From Candidatus Poribacteria bacterium (GTDB lineage Bacteria; Poribacteria; WGA-4E; WGA-3G): 64,000 nt of DNA. The notes under the pieces were generated by a model that searched no databases, was not told where the DNA came from, and saw only the letters and a program-made list of their open reading frames with translations. Below are positions 50,299 to 60,597 of this stretch, one piece after another (within the stretch, counting starts at the first letter, position 1; the number at the start of each line of letters is the position of its first letter). The translations under genes and the position numbers were made by a program. The stretch lies in NCBI GenBank assembly GCA_965197475.1, contig CBDANF010000003.1, positions 896,001 through 960,000 of the forward strand, written 5' to 3'.

Positions 50299-51060
50299 TC
50301 AGGATTTGTTTTTCACACCTTCGGCCATCAATTTATATTCCGCCGCTCCCGATGCAATCCATCCGCCGACACCTACGAGTAGAAACTGCACACCTGCCTT
50401 CACATATTTTTCAACGGTATCATCCATCGCCAATATGCCAGCGACACGACCCGCATCTTGGATACGTGCCAATGCCGTATCAATAGTATTTTGCACATCG
50501 GGGTGGTTATGATTGCCAATATGTCCCATTGAAGTCGCTAAATCTGAGGGTGCTACAAAAAACACATCAATATGATCAACGCTGAGGATTTCGTCCAAAT
50601 TGTTTACTGCAACAATATCTTCAATTAAGACCACGAGCAACGTCTGTGAATTGGCGACCTCAAAATAGTTGTCCACACCGTAACCTTGACGACTCGTGAA
50701 CATGCCTCGATGTCCGATCGGTGCGAACTTTCCGCCATCAACAACATTTTGTGCTTCTGCTTTCGTGTTGACATGTGGCACGACGATGCCCATCGCACCA
50801 CAATCCAACGTGCGGTAGATAAGTGCTTGATCGTTACGATTGACACGTACCACAGATGTCATGCCCCACAGATCGCATGCGCGTGTGAGATTCCCCAGAT
50901 TTGACGCATCTACATTGCCATGTTCACCTTCTAACCACACGCTATCATATCCGTTTGGACCGAAGGCATCAATATCATCTGCGTTCGTCAATCCTGCGAT
51001 GATGTATGTGAGCTCACCATCAGCCAACTTCTGTTTTATCCGATTTGGTCTTATTTCCAT
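50299..51060 (-). CDS. HpcH/HpaI aldolase family protein
   Basis: LEGEHG, VRV, LDCGAMGIVVP, P.G.RG, IE, PSDL. Confidence 0.93.
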   Translation of the reverse strand: MEIRPNRIKQKLADGELTYIIAGLTNADDIDAFGPNGYDSVWLEGEHGNVDASNLGNLTRACDLWGMTSVVRVNRNDQALIYRTLDCGAMGIVVPHVNTKAEAQNVVDGGKFAPIGHRGMFTSRQGYGVDNYFEVANSQTLLVVLIEDIVAVNNLDEILSVDHIDVFFVAPSDLATSMGHIGNHNHPDVQNTIDTALARIQDAGRVAGILAMDDTVEKYVKAGVQFLLVGVGGWIASGAAEYKLMAEGVKNKS

Positions 51061-51080
51061 AATGTTTTATGTTCTCTCTT

Positions 51081-52463
51081 TCAGTTATTGGGTTTTGTAA
51101 GGAATTCTGTCGGTAACACTTGATGTACAGTATCAATCACCAATTGTTCAACACCAGGAGCAAATCGGGTTGGCTGCCCGAAATAGATCATTGCACCGCC
51201 ACCTTCGTATCCACCTTCAGCTAACACGCGTTCTGATGGAATATAGCCGGGGAATGCGTTTGCATAAGCACTTACCCATAGTCTTGTAGCATCAAATTCC
51301 TTTTTCAGACGCAGCGAAAAATCTACTACCACCTCACTTGCAAGGAAAAGCACTGCCAATTCATCACCGAACGTCCATGCCTGTATCGGATAGGATATTT
51401 CCGTCTTGATTGATTGTCCGTTTTTTAACATTTCAAGATGTTTTTTCGCATGGTATGCGGGTGCACCACCTTGTGCAGCCCGTGCCTCCCATTCTTCATG
51501 GGTCGGGAGTTTATCAAACGGTAAATTCACTCTCTCAAATACGCCTATAGGGACATTGGAAATGCTTATTGCCTCTCGTTCAAGTTGGTGTTCAACCTCT
51601 TGTGCAAGTGCATGTCCGTGTTCTTTTGCATAAGCGAGACGTGTTTCAAATACCTCTTGCTTTCCTTCAGGCATTGGTCGCATCCGTGACTCTGGGTTTG
51701 CGTCAGCCCCACAGCTGATCGTTATTAAGGCAGTTACGTCGGGCTGCGCTTTTTGAATCTCTTCTTGTGCATATCCTGCCCAGTCTCCACAGATATGGTT
51801 GTCCGAACCTGCTAACGTTGTGCAATGGCATGCGTAACTTGCCCACACAGCACGCAAAGTGCCATCTGCATCAGTAAACTGCATGACAGGTAATGAATGA
51901 TCGACAGGTCCACCATCTGTGCGCCGATTTTTTGCGAAACCGAGTTCTCCGATGTTCCATGCTAATTGACACGGTTTTCGCCTTGTGAGTGCCTCCATTG
52001 TGACAGTTTCCATCCAGTTAGCAAGTTGACGGGTGTATCGGTCAATCTTTTCTTGTTCTTCTGGCGAAATATCGGAACTGAAAATGAACGATGCAGCGTT
52101 TGTCAGGCACGGCGCGCTATGCGTATGTGTGAAACATGCAACAAAATTCTCCCGTGAGATTCCAGTTTTATGTTCTACGCGATGGGACACTTCTTCGGTC
52201 AACTCATCAGGTAACCCGCAATTTTCTACGGTTACCATGACCACGGGACCCTCTGCATCGCTACCAATGGCGAGTGCCTTCGCCCATATCCGCTGAATAA
52301 TACCTTCGGATTTTGTTCTCCGACTTCCGTAACCGTTGAGTCGAATTGGGTAATCGGGAGTAATGTCAATTTGTGCAACGCCAACTTCAATAAGAGTATC
52401 TCTATCTGTCATTTGAATTTCCTTTATACTATGCCACTTTTTCAAAGATAATACGTTTTTCAC
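51081..52463 (-). CDS. neutral/alkaline ceramidase-like hydrolase
   Basis: DITP..LNGY, THTHSAP, YACHCT, GADANP, GYIP..GGYE; likely start ATG 52412. Confidence 0.85.
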   Translation of the reverse strand: MKNVLSLKKWHSIKEIQMTDRDTLIEVGVAQIDITPDYPIRLNGYGSRRTKSEGIIQRIWAKALAIGSDAEGPVVMVTVENCGLPDELTEEVSHRVEHKTGISRENFVACFTHTHSAPCLTNAASFIFSSDISPEEQEKIDRYTRQLANWMETVTMEALTRRKPCQLAWNIGELGFAKNRRTDGGPVDHSLPVMQFTDADGTLRAVWASYACHCTTLAGSDNHICGDWAGYAQEEIQKAQPDVTALITISCGADANPESRMRPMPEGKQEVFETRLAYAKEHGHALAQEVEHQLEREAISISNVPIGVFERVNLPFDKLPTHEEWEARAAQGGAPAYHAKKHLEMLKNGQSIKTEISYPIQAWTFGDELAVLFLASEVVVDFSLRLKKEFDATRLWVSAYANAFPGYIPSERVLAEGGYEGGGAMIYFGQPTRFAPGVEQLVIDTVHQVLPTEFLTKPNN

Positions 52464-53425
52464 TCCACTTCCATTGCATCGGCAAAAACATCCTCAAGAG
52501 AGTGCCTTACCTCTCTCAATTGACGAAGTTGGACACCCGTTTCATGTGCCAACTTAAAGAAAAATGTTCCATCAGTCTGCTCTTGTTCGTTTGATGTCAC
52601 GCGGACGTGCCCATCTGGTCTTAACTCCGTATCGTAGGGATAAGGTTCTAAAGCAGCAACGTAAGCATCGCGGTCACCTACAATTTTCAGATCAAACGCT
52701 TGCCCGTGATTTTTTCTGAGTTCTTCTATCTGTCCTTGGACGACAAGGCTTCCATGAGACAGTGCCATTACGTCCTTACACGCGGATTCAACATCTGGTA
52801 AGAGATGTGAAGATAACAGGACATCTATTCCCTTATCCACGGCAATGTCTTGAACGAGCAAAAGCATCTCCTCTCTTCCAGTTGTATCCATGCCATTTGT
52901 GGGTTCATCAAGCAGTAGCAACTTCGGATCATGCACTAAGGCTTGTGCTAACTTAACACGCTGCCGCATACCTACTGAATATCCGCTGATAGGTCGGTAG
53001 CGTTCTTCATCAACACCGACATAATATAGCACTTCGTGTGATCGCTGCATCGCATCACGCGACGGCATGCCGCAGAGTTGACCGGCATAAGCAACAAGTT
53101 GAACGGCATTCATCTGAGGGATTAAGCAATCATCTTCAGGCATATATCCGACCTGTTGTCGGATATATGCCTGTTCGGTTTGCACATCCAATCCGAACAC
53201 TTTTGCTTCACCTCGGCTCGGTTGAATAAAACCGAGTAGCATCTTAATCAACGTGCTTTTTCCTGCGCCGTTAGGGCCCAGTAATCCAACAGCACCACCC
53301 TCTAATTCTACAGATAACTCGTTTAGCGCAGGATTTGTGCCAAAAAAGACTGATACGTTTTTTATTTCAATTAGCATTTTGTTTATGGATATGCCTATTT
53401 TATTGAGACAGCATTGAAAGCACAC
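52460..53425 (-). CDS. ABC transporter ATP-binding protein
   Basis: GPNGAGKS, YSVGMRQ, LLLDEP, SSH; likely start ATG 53378. Confidence 0.93.
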   Translation of the reverse strand: MCFQCCLNKIGISINKMLIEIKNVSVFFGTNPALNELSVELEGGAVGLLGPNGAGKSTLIKMLLGFIQPSRGEAKVFGLDVQTEQAYIRQQVGYMPEDDCLIPQMNAVQLVAYAGQLCGMPSRDAMQRSHEVLYYVGVDEERYRPISGYSVGMRQRVKLAQALVHDPKLLLLDEPTNGMDTTGREEMLLLVQDIAVDKGIDVLLSSHLLPDVESACKDVMALSHGSLVVQGQIEELRKNHGQAFDLKIVGDRDAYVAALEPYPYDTELRPDGHVRVTSNEQEQTDGTFFFKLAHETGVQLRQLREVRHSLEDVFADAMEVE

Positions 53426-53454
53426 TTACAAAGCGCGCCTACAAGCAATGTCTA

Positions 53455-54570
53455 TTATGAATAAATTCGGTTTACGCGTTTTCCTATATTTGTTAAGATT
53501 TCATACGGAATTGTATCGGCTCGTTCAGCTATTTCACCAATTCCGATCTCTTCATTCCCCTGTTTGCCTATCAACACGACTTCATCACCAACAGAGACGT
53601 TATCTGAAAGTTCTAACTTAACCACCATCACATCCATACAAACACGACCAAGAATAGGGCGGCGCACCCCCCTAATTAACACCTCACCGATGTTAGAAAG
53701 TGTTCTCGTATAACCATCACCGTAGCCAACTTGTATGCCTGCCACACGGATTCTGCGCTGTGCCTTATATGTCAATCCGTAACTTACACCTTCACCTATT
53801 TCAATAGAGTCTACCCATCCGACACGCGCCTTCCACGCGAGCGCAGGTTGCAACTGAATCGGTTTTTCCTTTGCGGGATAGATCCCGTATAGACTCAAGC
53901 CGGGACGGACAGCATCAAAATGAGATTCCAGTATCGCAAGAGCCGCCGCGCTGTTCGCGACATGTTTCAGCGGCACATTGGAAACACTCGTAAACACGGA
54001 AGAAAACCTGTTTAGTTGAAGATGTGCAAAACTTTTATCTACCTCGTCTGCTGTTGCAAGGTGTGTAAAAATACCTTCGATTTCAAGCCCAGGCAGTGTT
54101 TTTAGTGTTTCAAGAAATTGTGCTGTTTTGGTGTAGTGAATCCCACTTCGATTCATTCCGGTGTTAATATCAACGTGAACTTTTACTTTTTTTGTAGATG
54201 TAAGTTGCAATCGGGTCTTACCATCTTCTACTACTTTGTTCAACTTTTGCGCTAAAGTCAAATTATCAACCGCCGGAGTTAACTCATAGGTAACGATTTC
54301 TTCTGCACAATCCGGCAAAGGACTAAACAGAATTAGGATTGGCTTATGAATTCCTGTCTGACGCAGTTCAATGGCTTCGTCAACTGTTGCTACTGCAAAC
54401 ATATCCGCAATTGTTTGCAATGCCTCTGCAACAGGAATTGCACCGTGTCCGTAGGCATCCGCTTTCACAACAGCGATTAGCCGCTTTCCTGTGTGCGACT
54501 TTATCGCTTCAGCGTTGGCTCGAATTGCCCTCAAGTCAACTTCTGCGTGTGATTGGCTACTTGATCCCAC
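53455..54570 (-). CDS. alr: alanine racemase
   Basis: AVVKADAYGHG PLP site, TGMNR, ANSAA, VRPG, GRVCMD, TIPYE. Confidence 0.97.
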   Translation of the reverse strand: MGSSSQSHAEVDLRAIRANAEAIKSHTGKRLIAVVKADAYGHGAIPVAEALQTIADMFAVATVDEAIELRQTGIHKPILILFSPLPDCAEEIVTYELTPAVDNLTLAQKLNKVVEDGKTRLQLTSTKKVKVHVDINTGMNRSGIHYTKTAQFLETLKTLPGLEIEGIFTHLATADEVDKSFAHLQLNRFSSVFTSVSNVPLKHVANSAAALAILESHFDAVRPGLSLYGIYPAKEKPIQLQPALAWKARVGWVDSIEIGEGVSYGLTYKAQRRIRVAGIQVGYGDGYTRTLSNIGEVLIRGVRRPILGRVCMDVMVVKLELSDNVSVGDEVVLIGKQGNEEIGIGEIAERADTIPYEILTNIGKRVNRIYS

Positions 54571-54587
54571 AACTATTTCCTGTCGCG

Positions 54588-55343
54588 TTAACGTATTTCT
54601 GACAGAGTGCCTTCAACCCCGATCAACGTCAGTTTCTGTAACAACCATGCATCTTCCATTACGTTCACGATCTCCAGCGTAAGGGTAAGCTCATAATTCC
54701 CCGGGGCAGTAAGAATTGAGGAAACATCTACTTCATCTGCAATTATTAACGGTCCGTCGGGCTGTACGGCACCAATTGCGCGGTCTCGAATAACATTCGT
54801 CCCGTTGATAGCTATACTCAAAAACGCGCCTGCGCGCGCTGTCTCCTGAAGTATTTCATATCGCAACGTGATGTTCTCACGAAACAGTTCTTCAACGTTC
54901 AACCGATATGTCAAAGTCTGCGTGAAGGTGTTCCCTTGCCAATAGCGGTTTGGCATAACAACGATCGCATGACCGATATTTACTTCAATTCGAATGTCCT
55001 GACGTTTAGTTATTGTTCCATCAGACACTTCAAGGGTTATCATATAGGTGCCAGCCGATTCAGGTGCAACATAAACAACGCTTGTCCCATTCCCTGTAAT
55101 CCTTCCGCCGCTTGCGTCCCATTCGTAAACCAGCACCGCAGGATCCCCAGAATAGTTTACCGATGCTGTGATGGTTGTAGTATCACCAATATTGAGTGTT
55201 TGAGACTCGGATTCTAAATCAATATCAAGCATCTCCTTATCCATGCTCAGCAAGTTGTTTGTATCACAAGCTGATATTAGACTGGCTGCACACAATAAAC
55301 AGAGGATTTTAAAATAAAAAAATTGGGTGTTGTAGATTTCCAT
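54588..55343 (-). CDS. lipoprotein with PKD/Ig-like domain
   Basis: LISAC lipobox; L.YEW.ASGG.I.G.G.SV.Y.AP..AGTY.ITLEVSDG. Confidence 0.75.
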   Translation of the reverse strand: MEIYNTQFFYFKILCLLCAASLISACDTNNLLSMDKEMLDIDLESESQTLNIGDTTTITASVNYSGDPAVLVYEWDASGGRITGNGTSVVYVAPESAGTYMITLEVSDGTITKRQDIRIEVNIGHAIVVMPNRYWQGNTFTQTLTYRLNVEELFRENITLRYEILQETARAGAFLSIAINGTNVIRDRAIGAVQPDGPLIIADEVDVSSILTAPGNYELTLTLEIVNVMEDAWLLQKLTLIGVEGTLSEIR

Positions 55344-55548
55344 TAATTCTATTATACTATAGAGACTGAATTTGTGCTATAATTAAAAGGTTTTATGTAG
55401 ATGGATCACATTGCATACTTATAGTTTTGATTGGCAAATTGCAGAACTAATGTTTTTGTGTATTTGCAGTCAAACGGGATTTTGATAGAGTTTAAAAACA
55501 TTTGTTTCTTAAAAATAGCGTTTTGGTTGATTTCAAAGGGAATTCAAA

Positions 55549-57297
55549 TTGTTACGTTTTCCGAATCCTGGATCAGACATTAACAGTTTCATCAGAATAT
55601 TCTACGAGATTTTTGATGCCCTAAAGGATCGAGAATCCTTTTCTTTAGATGACATAACATCAACTCTGGTTGAGCGCAACCTAGCTACTTCCTGTGGATT
55701 TGCTGGAGAAGAAGCCCTTTCACACTCAACACGGAAGGATAGGAGCCGTGATCCTTTGTATAATCAGTCCAAAATGTACTCTGAACTATTCAAAATATTA
55801 GGTTGGATCCATCCATTCAAGGGGAAACAATTAGACTTCCAATTTACTTTTTTTGGCGCACATGTCGTTAGGGCAATACAGGATCCGGCGGCGATTTTCA
55901 GAGAATCTGCTTTAGGAGTTGCTTATCCAAATGAAATTTTAGATGTCAAAGGTAACCACCAACTAAGACCATTTGCAACTATATTACGAACATTAGGGGC
56001 ACTAGACGGTTTGTTAGCACGCGATGAATTAATAATTGGTCCGATGTGTCTAGATAACGATCGAGACGATAATCTTTTCAGTAACATGATTAAGGAAATT
56101 CATACTTTAAGAGGTTATTGGAAAGCTTTAGATAACAAGATGAAAGAAATTGCCAACCAAAGAAACATTAAACCAAATACAATGAAAAATTACACACGAT
56201 TCCCTTTAGCAGTGTTAAGATGGACAGGTTGGACAAAAGATGAAACCATAAAAGTCATTTATGATAAGGCAATAAAATTTGACAAATTGACAGAAAAAGG
56301 GAAAATGGTTTTAGAATTTCTTGAAAAATGTAAAGATATTAGAAAATTCGATTTGGAAAAAATCAACAGAGAAACAAAAAACGCTATTATCCGATTCAGT
56401 TTTTATCAGATGTTAGAAAGAGCGGGTTTTGATACTGCTCCCGTTGATTCCATGCTTTCTAACGATAAAACTTTAATCACAAGTTACTTAGGTTCTGAAA
56501 ATCGTCCTGTCCTTTTTTCCCCATTCCAAGAAATGTCATCTGATTACCTACTGAATATTTTCCCCAATCCGTCAGGAAGCGAAACAACTCAAGCACGCCA
56601 AAAGTTGATTGCTTCAACTACTAATGTCGAAAGACGTGAATTTCTGTACTCTAATGTAGAACTTAAAATCAGTAGTGCATCAGATCTGAAGATTGTTGAA
56701 CCTGCCGATTTTAGGAACAAAATGCTGAATCAGAATATTGACGCACCGATACTGAATTTGTTCGAAATGGCAATTACAAAATATAGAAGTCTTGATCCTG
56801 CAATTGAACCTATTGCTATTCAATATTTAGATGCCAATCAGGATAAGTTCTATCCTCTGATTGTAAAACTGTTTAATGCAATTGGATATGATTGTAAACT
56901 TTCTCGGCCTGGAGTAAACTATGAAAGATGGGATGCAATGATTATAGATAAACAGCACTCTATGCCAATAGAGATTAAGTCTCCTGGAGAAGAAATATTT
57001 CTATCAGTCAAAGCTATCAGACAGGCATTGGAAAACAAAGTGATCCTACTTGCTAGGTCCGCGTATCCAACAAAGTTCCACGACACATCTCTCGTTGTCT
57101 GCTATAATTTGCCTAATAACCGGTCAGAAGTAAATTCACTGATTAACGATATTTTTGAAACTTATAAAATAGTAATTGGAGTGATAGATTTTAGATCTTT
57201 ACTAAAAATTGCTGGATCACAGTTATTTCTGACAAAACAACATCGTAAAGACCAATTGGAAAAGTTACATGGTATCATCAAATTATCGAATTCTTAA
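55549..57297 (+). CDS. putative restriction endonuclease, large subunit (C-terminal PD-(D/E)xK domain)
   Basis: ERWDAMII..PIEIKS catalytic-like motif; located in an AT-rich island with two DNA methyltransferases. Confidence 0.65.
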   Translation: MLRFPNPGSDINSFIRIFYEIFDALKDRESFSLDDITSTLVERNLATSCGFAGEEALSHSTRKDRSRDPLYNQSKMYSELFKILGWIHPFKGKQLDFQFTFFGAHVVRAIQDPAAIFRESALGVAYPNEILDVKGNHQLRPFATILRTLGALDGLLARDELIIGPMCLDNDRDDNLFSNMIKEIHTLRGYWKALDNKMKEIANQRNIKPNTMKNYTRFPLAVLRWTGWTKDETIKVIYDKAIKFDKLTEKGKMVLEFLEKCKDIRKFDLEKINRETKNAIIRFSFYQMLERAGFDTAPVDSMLSNDKTLITSYLGSENRPVLFSPFQEMSSDYLLNIFPNPSGSETTQARQKLIASTTNVERREFLYSNVELKISSASDLKIVEPADFRNKMLNQNIDAPILNLFEMAITKYRSLDPAIEPIAIQYLDANQDKFYPLIVKLFNAIGYDCKLSRPGVNYERWDAMIIDKQHSMPIEIKSPGEEIFLSVKAIRQALENKVILLARSAYPTKFHDTSLVVCYNLPNNRSEVNSLINDIFETYKIVIGVIDFRSLLKIAGSQLFLTKQHRKDQLEKLHGIIKLSNS

Positions 57298-57425
57298 GCA
57301 AAAGAAAACATCCAAAAGACTAAAAACAATAGCAAAAGATATCGCAATGAGTAGTTTTGGACTTGAAAATTTTTCTCAAATTTTTTACTTGACAAAATCC
57401 TGCCAGTATAGTATCCTATTAACAT

Positions 57426-57507
57426 CACGAAAACTTTGGTAGAGAATGTTACCCGCGTCGCAAGGCGCGGTCTCTACCATAACCAAGTAACATTGGAAAG
57501 TTTCGTG
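57426..57507 (+). ncRNA. putative structured RNA (three-way junction with bulge-loop pseudoknot), copy B
   Basis: CACGAAAaCUUU|GGUAGAGA|AUGUUAC|CCGCGUC-gcaa-GGCGCGG|UCUCUACC|auaa|CCA-aGUAACAU-UGG|AAAGUUUCGUG, after TTGACA-17-TATCCT (57389..57417). Confidence 0.7.
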
Positions 57508-57628
57508 TGTATAGTTCTCGTGAACCAAACAGTTAACATCATATTTATAGAATCAGCGACATAATAATCGCTTTGCATTTAGCTTATTACATCGCTGAAA
57601 CCACTCCCTTTTACACAAGGAGACTATT

Positions 57629-58003
57629 ATGTCTTTGTTTTCAGATTGGAAAGAACGCAGGAAACACAAAGATAGAGATAAGTGGCTTATAAGGGAATTC
57701 CCTCGTCTTGCATTGACACATTATGAAACCTTGCGTGATCTAAACCCTTCTGATACTCCCAAAAAGCAATTGTATGAAACGATTATTAGAGGGTTTGCTC
57801 TCACCTTTGGTGTGCCCAATGAAAAGCGCGATGAATTTACCGAATGCATTTTGCATACAGCAACTCTTGGTGAACCATCTGAACCTTTTGGTTTACGTAT
57901 GATTGTTGTCTCACTTATATGCTCGACATGGAGCTTAAAGAGTGAACTATCTATTGCTGTAGCAATAACCAGCGTGTCAGAAGTAATCCCCGAATACTTA
58001 TAA
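57629..58003 (+). CDS. cargo hypothetical protein (124 aa)
   Basis: AAGGAGA RBS; inside element B. Confidence 0.7.
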   Translation: MSLFSDWKERRKHKDRDKWLIREFPRLALTHYETLRDLNPSDTPKKQLYETIIRGFALTFGVPNEKRDEFTECILHTATLGEPSEPFGLRMIVVSLICSTWSLKSELSIAVAITSVSEVIPEYL

Positions 58004-58058
58004 CAACTCTGACAACGAGGGGACCCTGTCCCCTCTAACTCCAAAGGAGATTAAAATC

Positions 58059-58331
58059 ATGTTTTTCGTTGAATATACCGAAAATAATGAAAGAAAAGCA
58101 TTAAACTTGGCTATGTGTCAGAGAATTGAAACTGAAGAACGCCACATAAGCGCAAAAAGTAGTTTCTACATCTACATACATCACAAAGAACGCGCAAAAA
58201 TGGTGTTAGAATTCAAATCAAAAGAGGAAATGTTAACCACTTTTGATAATTTTATGGACGCACTCAACCGGTGTCAAGCTCACTTGTTTTCCCAGAATGT
58301 TTTGTCTGAGGAACATTATCGGCAGTCCTGA
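58059..58331 (+). CDS. cargo hypothetical protein (90 aa)
   Basis: AAAGGAGA RBS within the conserved 43-nt spacer. Confidence 0.7.
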   Translation: MFFVEYTENNERKALNLAMCQRIETEERHISAKSSFYIYIHHKERAKMVLEFKSKEEMLTTFDNFMDALNRCQAHLFSQNVLSEEHYRQS

Positions 58332-58493
58332 ATTCTTCAACATACCTGTGAAATGCATCGATGAAATATTCAGCAACGATACAAAATTCTTCAAAGAATT
58401 CTGTTTCAGAAAGAGCAGATCTTGAAGGACTATCACTTTTCTTATCTAGTCCGTGCTGACTCAATACATCTGCCATAGAATCTCTAACTTCTC

Positions 58494-59375
58494 TCACAAC
58501 ATACTTTCGTTGACAAACTTGACAAACAAGCTGTCAACGCTCCTATAGTTATACTTATAGCACGCTTCCGCCACATACAGCGGTGTGTATCCTGTCTGAT
58601 AATGGTGATGCTGTCCATACCAAGCCCGTTTGAGTAGTGACCAGAACCCTTCAATCGTGTTTGTATGTGTATCACCATCAGCAAACTGCACCTTGTGGTT
58701 GATAACAGCGTGCTTCATTTCCTTTCCAATAGCGTTGTAAGCCTGATACTCATCGGTTATTAGTTCCGAGTCCTTTAGGTTTACAGCACTCCGAATAAAC
58801 TCAAGGATAGTGCGTCCTGTGAGGTTATGTGCCACCTGTGCGACAACCCTACCCCCACGTTGCACTGCTCCTATTATAGCAGTTTTCTCCGTTCCTCTGC
58901 CACGTTTATGTGGTTCATCATCTTCACGTTTGTTCTTTTTACGAGGTTTACCGCCAATATAGGTCTCATCTGCTTCAATGATACCTTGTAGTAAAGCCCC
59001 GCCTTTCTTTGCCATTTCAGCACGAATACGTGCCATCATAAACCATGCTGTCTTTTGATTCAAGTCTAAATCGCGCGCCAGTTGATGCCTTGACAAACTT
59101 TTCTTCGCATTCGTTATCAACGAAATAGCCAAAAACCACTTCTGTAACGCTATCTTTGTCCCGTGAAACACCGACCTGCACGTCACCTTGAAACTCACTT
59201 GGCACTCGTGGCAGTTCCAACGACCGATACGACCGATTTCTGTTTCTGTCCGTTCTCCTATATGATCGCTTTCACAATGCGGACACACAGGTTTACCTCG
59301 CCAACGAATCTTCTCTAAATGTGCAATACAACTCTCTTGATCGGGGAAACGTTCCATGACCTTGATTAAATCCAT
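58494..59375 (-). CDS. IS1595-family transposase (copy B)
   Basis: Same motifs as copy A. Confidence 0.95.
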   Translation of the reverse strand: MDLIKVMERFPDQESCIAHLEKIRWRGKPVCPHCESDHIGERTETEIGRIGRWNCHECQVSFKVTCRSVFHGTKIALQKWFLAISLITNAKKSLSRHQLARDLDLNQKTAWFMMARIRAEMAKKGGALLQGIIEADETYIGGKPRKKNKREDDEPHKRGRGTEKTAIIGAVQRGGRVVAQVAHNLTGRTILEFIRSAVNLKDSELITDEYQAYNAIGKEMKHAVINHKVQFADGDTHTNTIEGFWSLLKRAWYGQHHHYQTGYTPLYVAEACYKYNYRSVDSLFVKFVNESML

Positions 59376-59434
59376 CAGATAACTCCTTGAAATAGGAGTT
59401 GCTTTTTCTGACGGATTTCTGATATAATATCAGA

Positions 59435-59503
59435 TAAGATTAGAACCTTCAGAAAGCAACTCTGCTTTTTGGGTTAATTGGGAGGCTACAACCTCCCTTT
59501 TTT
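59435..59503 (+). ncRNA. putative antisense RNA to the transposase leader
   Basis: TTGCTT-18-(TGn)TATAAT at 59399..59428 and terminator GGGAGG-ctacaa-CCTCCC-TTTTTT at 59480..59503. Confidence 0.55.
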
Positions 59504-60597
59504 CTTATCTATATTATACCATATAAACCTTGTCTACACAAGGGTTTATCACACTTTTTCACATGTTTTTTGCAAGTCCAAAACTACTTACTGTGAAAGA
59601 TATTATTCCTATTTCAATTGAATGGGGCGAGAGTGCAAAACAACCTATAATAAAATTTTCTGACGGTGGGCAGGTATTAGGTTCTTGTATCCACTGTATG
59701 AATCCGCCTTGTATTGAATATACAGGTAACGAAATTTACTCAGAAACATTTCGGGAGTTTCCTTCAGATAGAAACTTAGAAGTATGTCCAACTAAAGCAA
59801 TAAACTGGCCTCAGGACAACGATTCCCCTACAATAGATAGTGAAGCATGTATCTTCTGCGGTATATGCGTTAGCCGCTGCCCCGTTGCAGCAATTTACCT
59901 TGACTCGGAAGTAGGAACAGCTATATTAAACGATCAACCAAACGAGTACTTTCTACTTCAAAACGAAGAAGTTTCTGAAAAGGTTCAAAAACCTTTACTT
60001 CAGAAGTTTTCGCAAATCTCTGAAAATGGAATTTTCCTATTAGAAAACGAACACATTCTCCAGCAGTTCTTTGAAAAATTTAAGTCCGTCGCTACTGGAC
60101 AAAGTACCCAGTTCCCTAACCATCTTGTTCGCAACTTAATGATAGAGTTAGGTATTAATACATTGATGAGTCGGCGTGGAGACACTAATATTCGAATGGA
60201 CATTGTTTTTGAACAAATTGGAAAAACTTGCGGAACATGTGAAGTGGAATTAGGCAATGGAGTACTAGATGCGCCCAGAAACCTACTTGATAACGTTGCA
60301 GTTTTGGTATCAAGATACAAAATTAGCAAAGAGAACATTTTGCCGTTAGTCGTGACTTTTTCATTACCTAATCACCGTTCAGAATATTGGAATGTAATAA
60401 AAGATATAAAACAAGTGTTAAACCTAAAAATTAATTCTCTGACTGTTGGGATGTTAGTTTTGTTGGTTTGGAACAGAGTTAAAGTATCTCTCGATTCAAG
60501 TGAGATCTTTTATGCTGACTCAGAACAATATTCTGTAAGGGAGAAATTTGAATCTGTACTTGGAAGAGAACTAAATGTTACAATGGGTTATCCTGGG

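Larger units (their letters stand above)
57343..59595 (-). mobile_element. IS1595-family cargo-carrying element, copy B (2253 bp)
   Basis: Same IR as copy A (two mismatches at the right end); 8-bp TSD AAAGATAT at 57335..57342 and 59596..59603. Confidence 0.95.

Noticed and set aside
57446-57493. Bulge/loop 7-mers acting as bridge-RNA-like guides for target choice
   Set aside because: Neither 7-mer nor its reverse complement matches the TSD, flanks or IR of its own element, and IS1595 uses a DDE transposase
47873-59595. Composite transposon or inversion bounded by the two inverted IS1595 copies
   Set aside because: Copy B has its own perfect TSD inside one gene, and the outer flanks (TAATCTTT, AAAGATAT) are not a direct repeat
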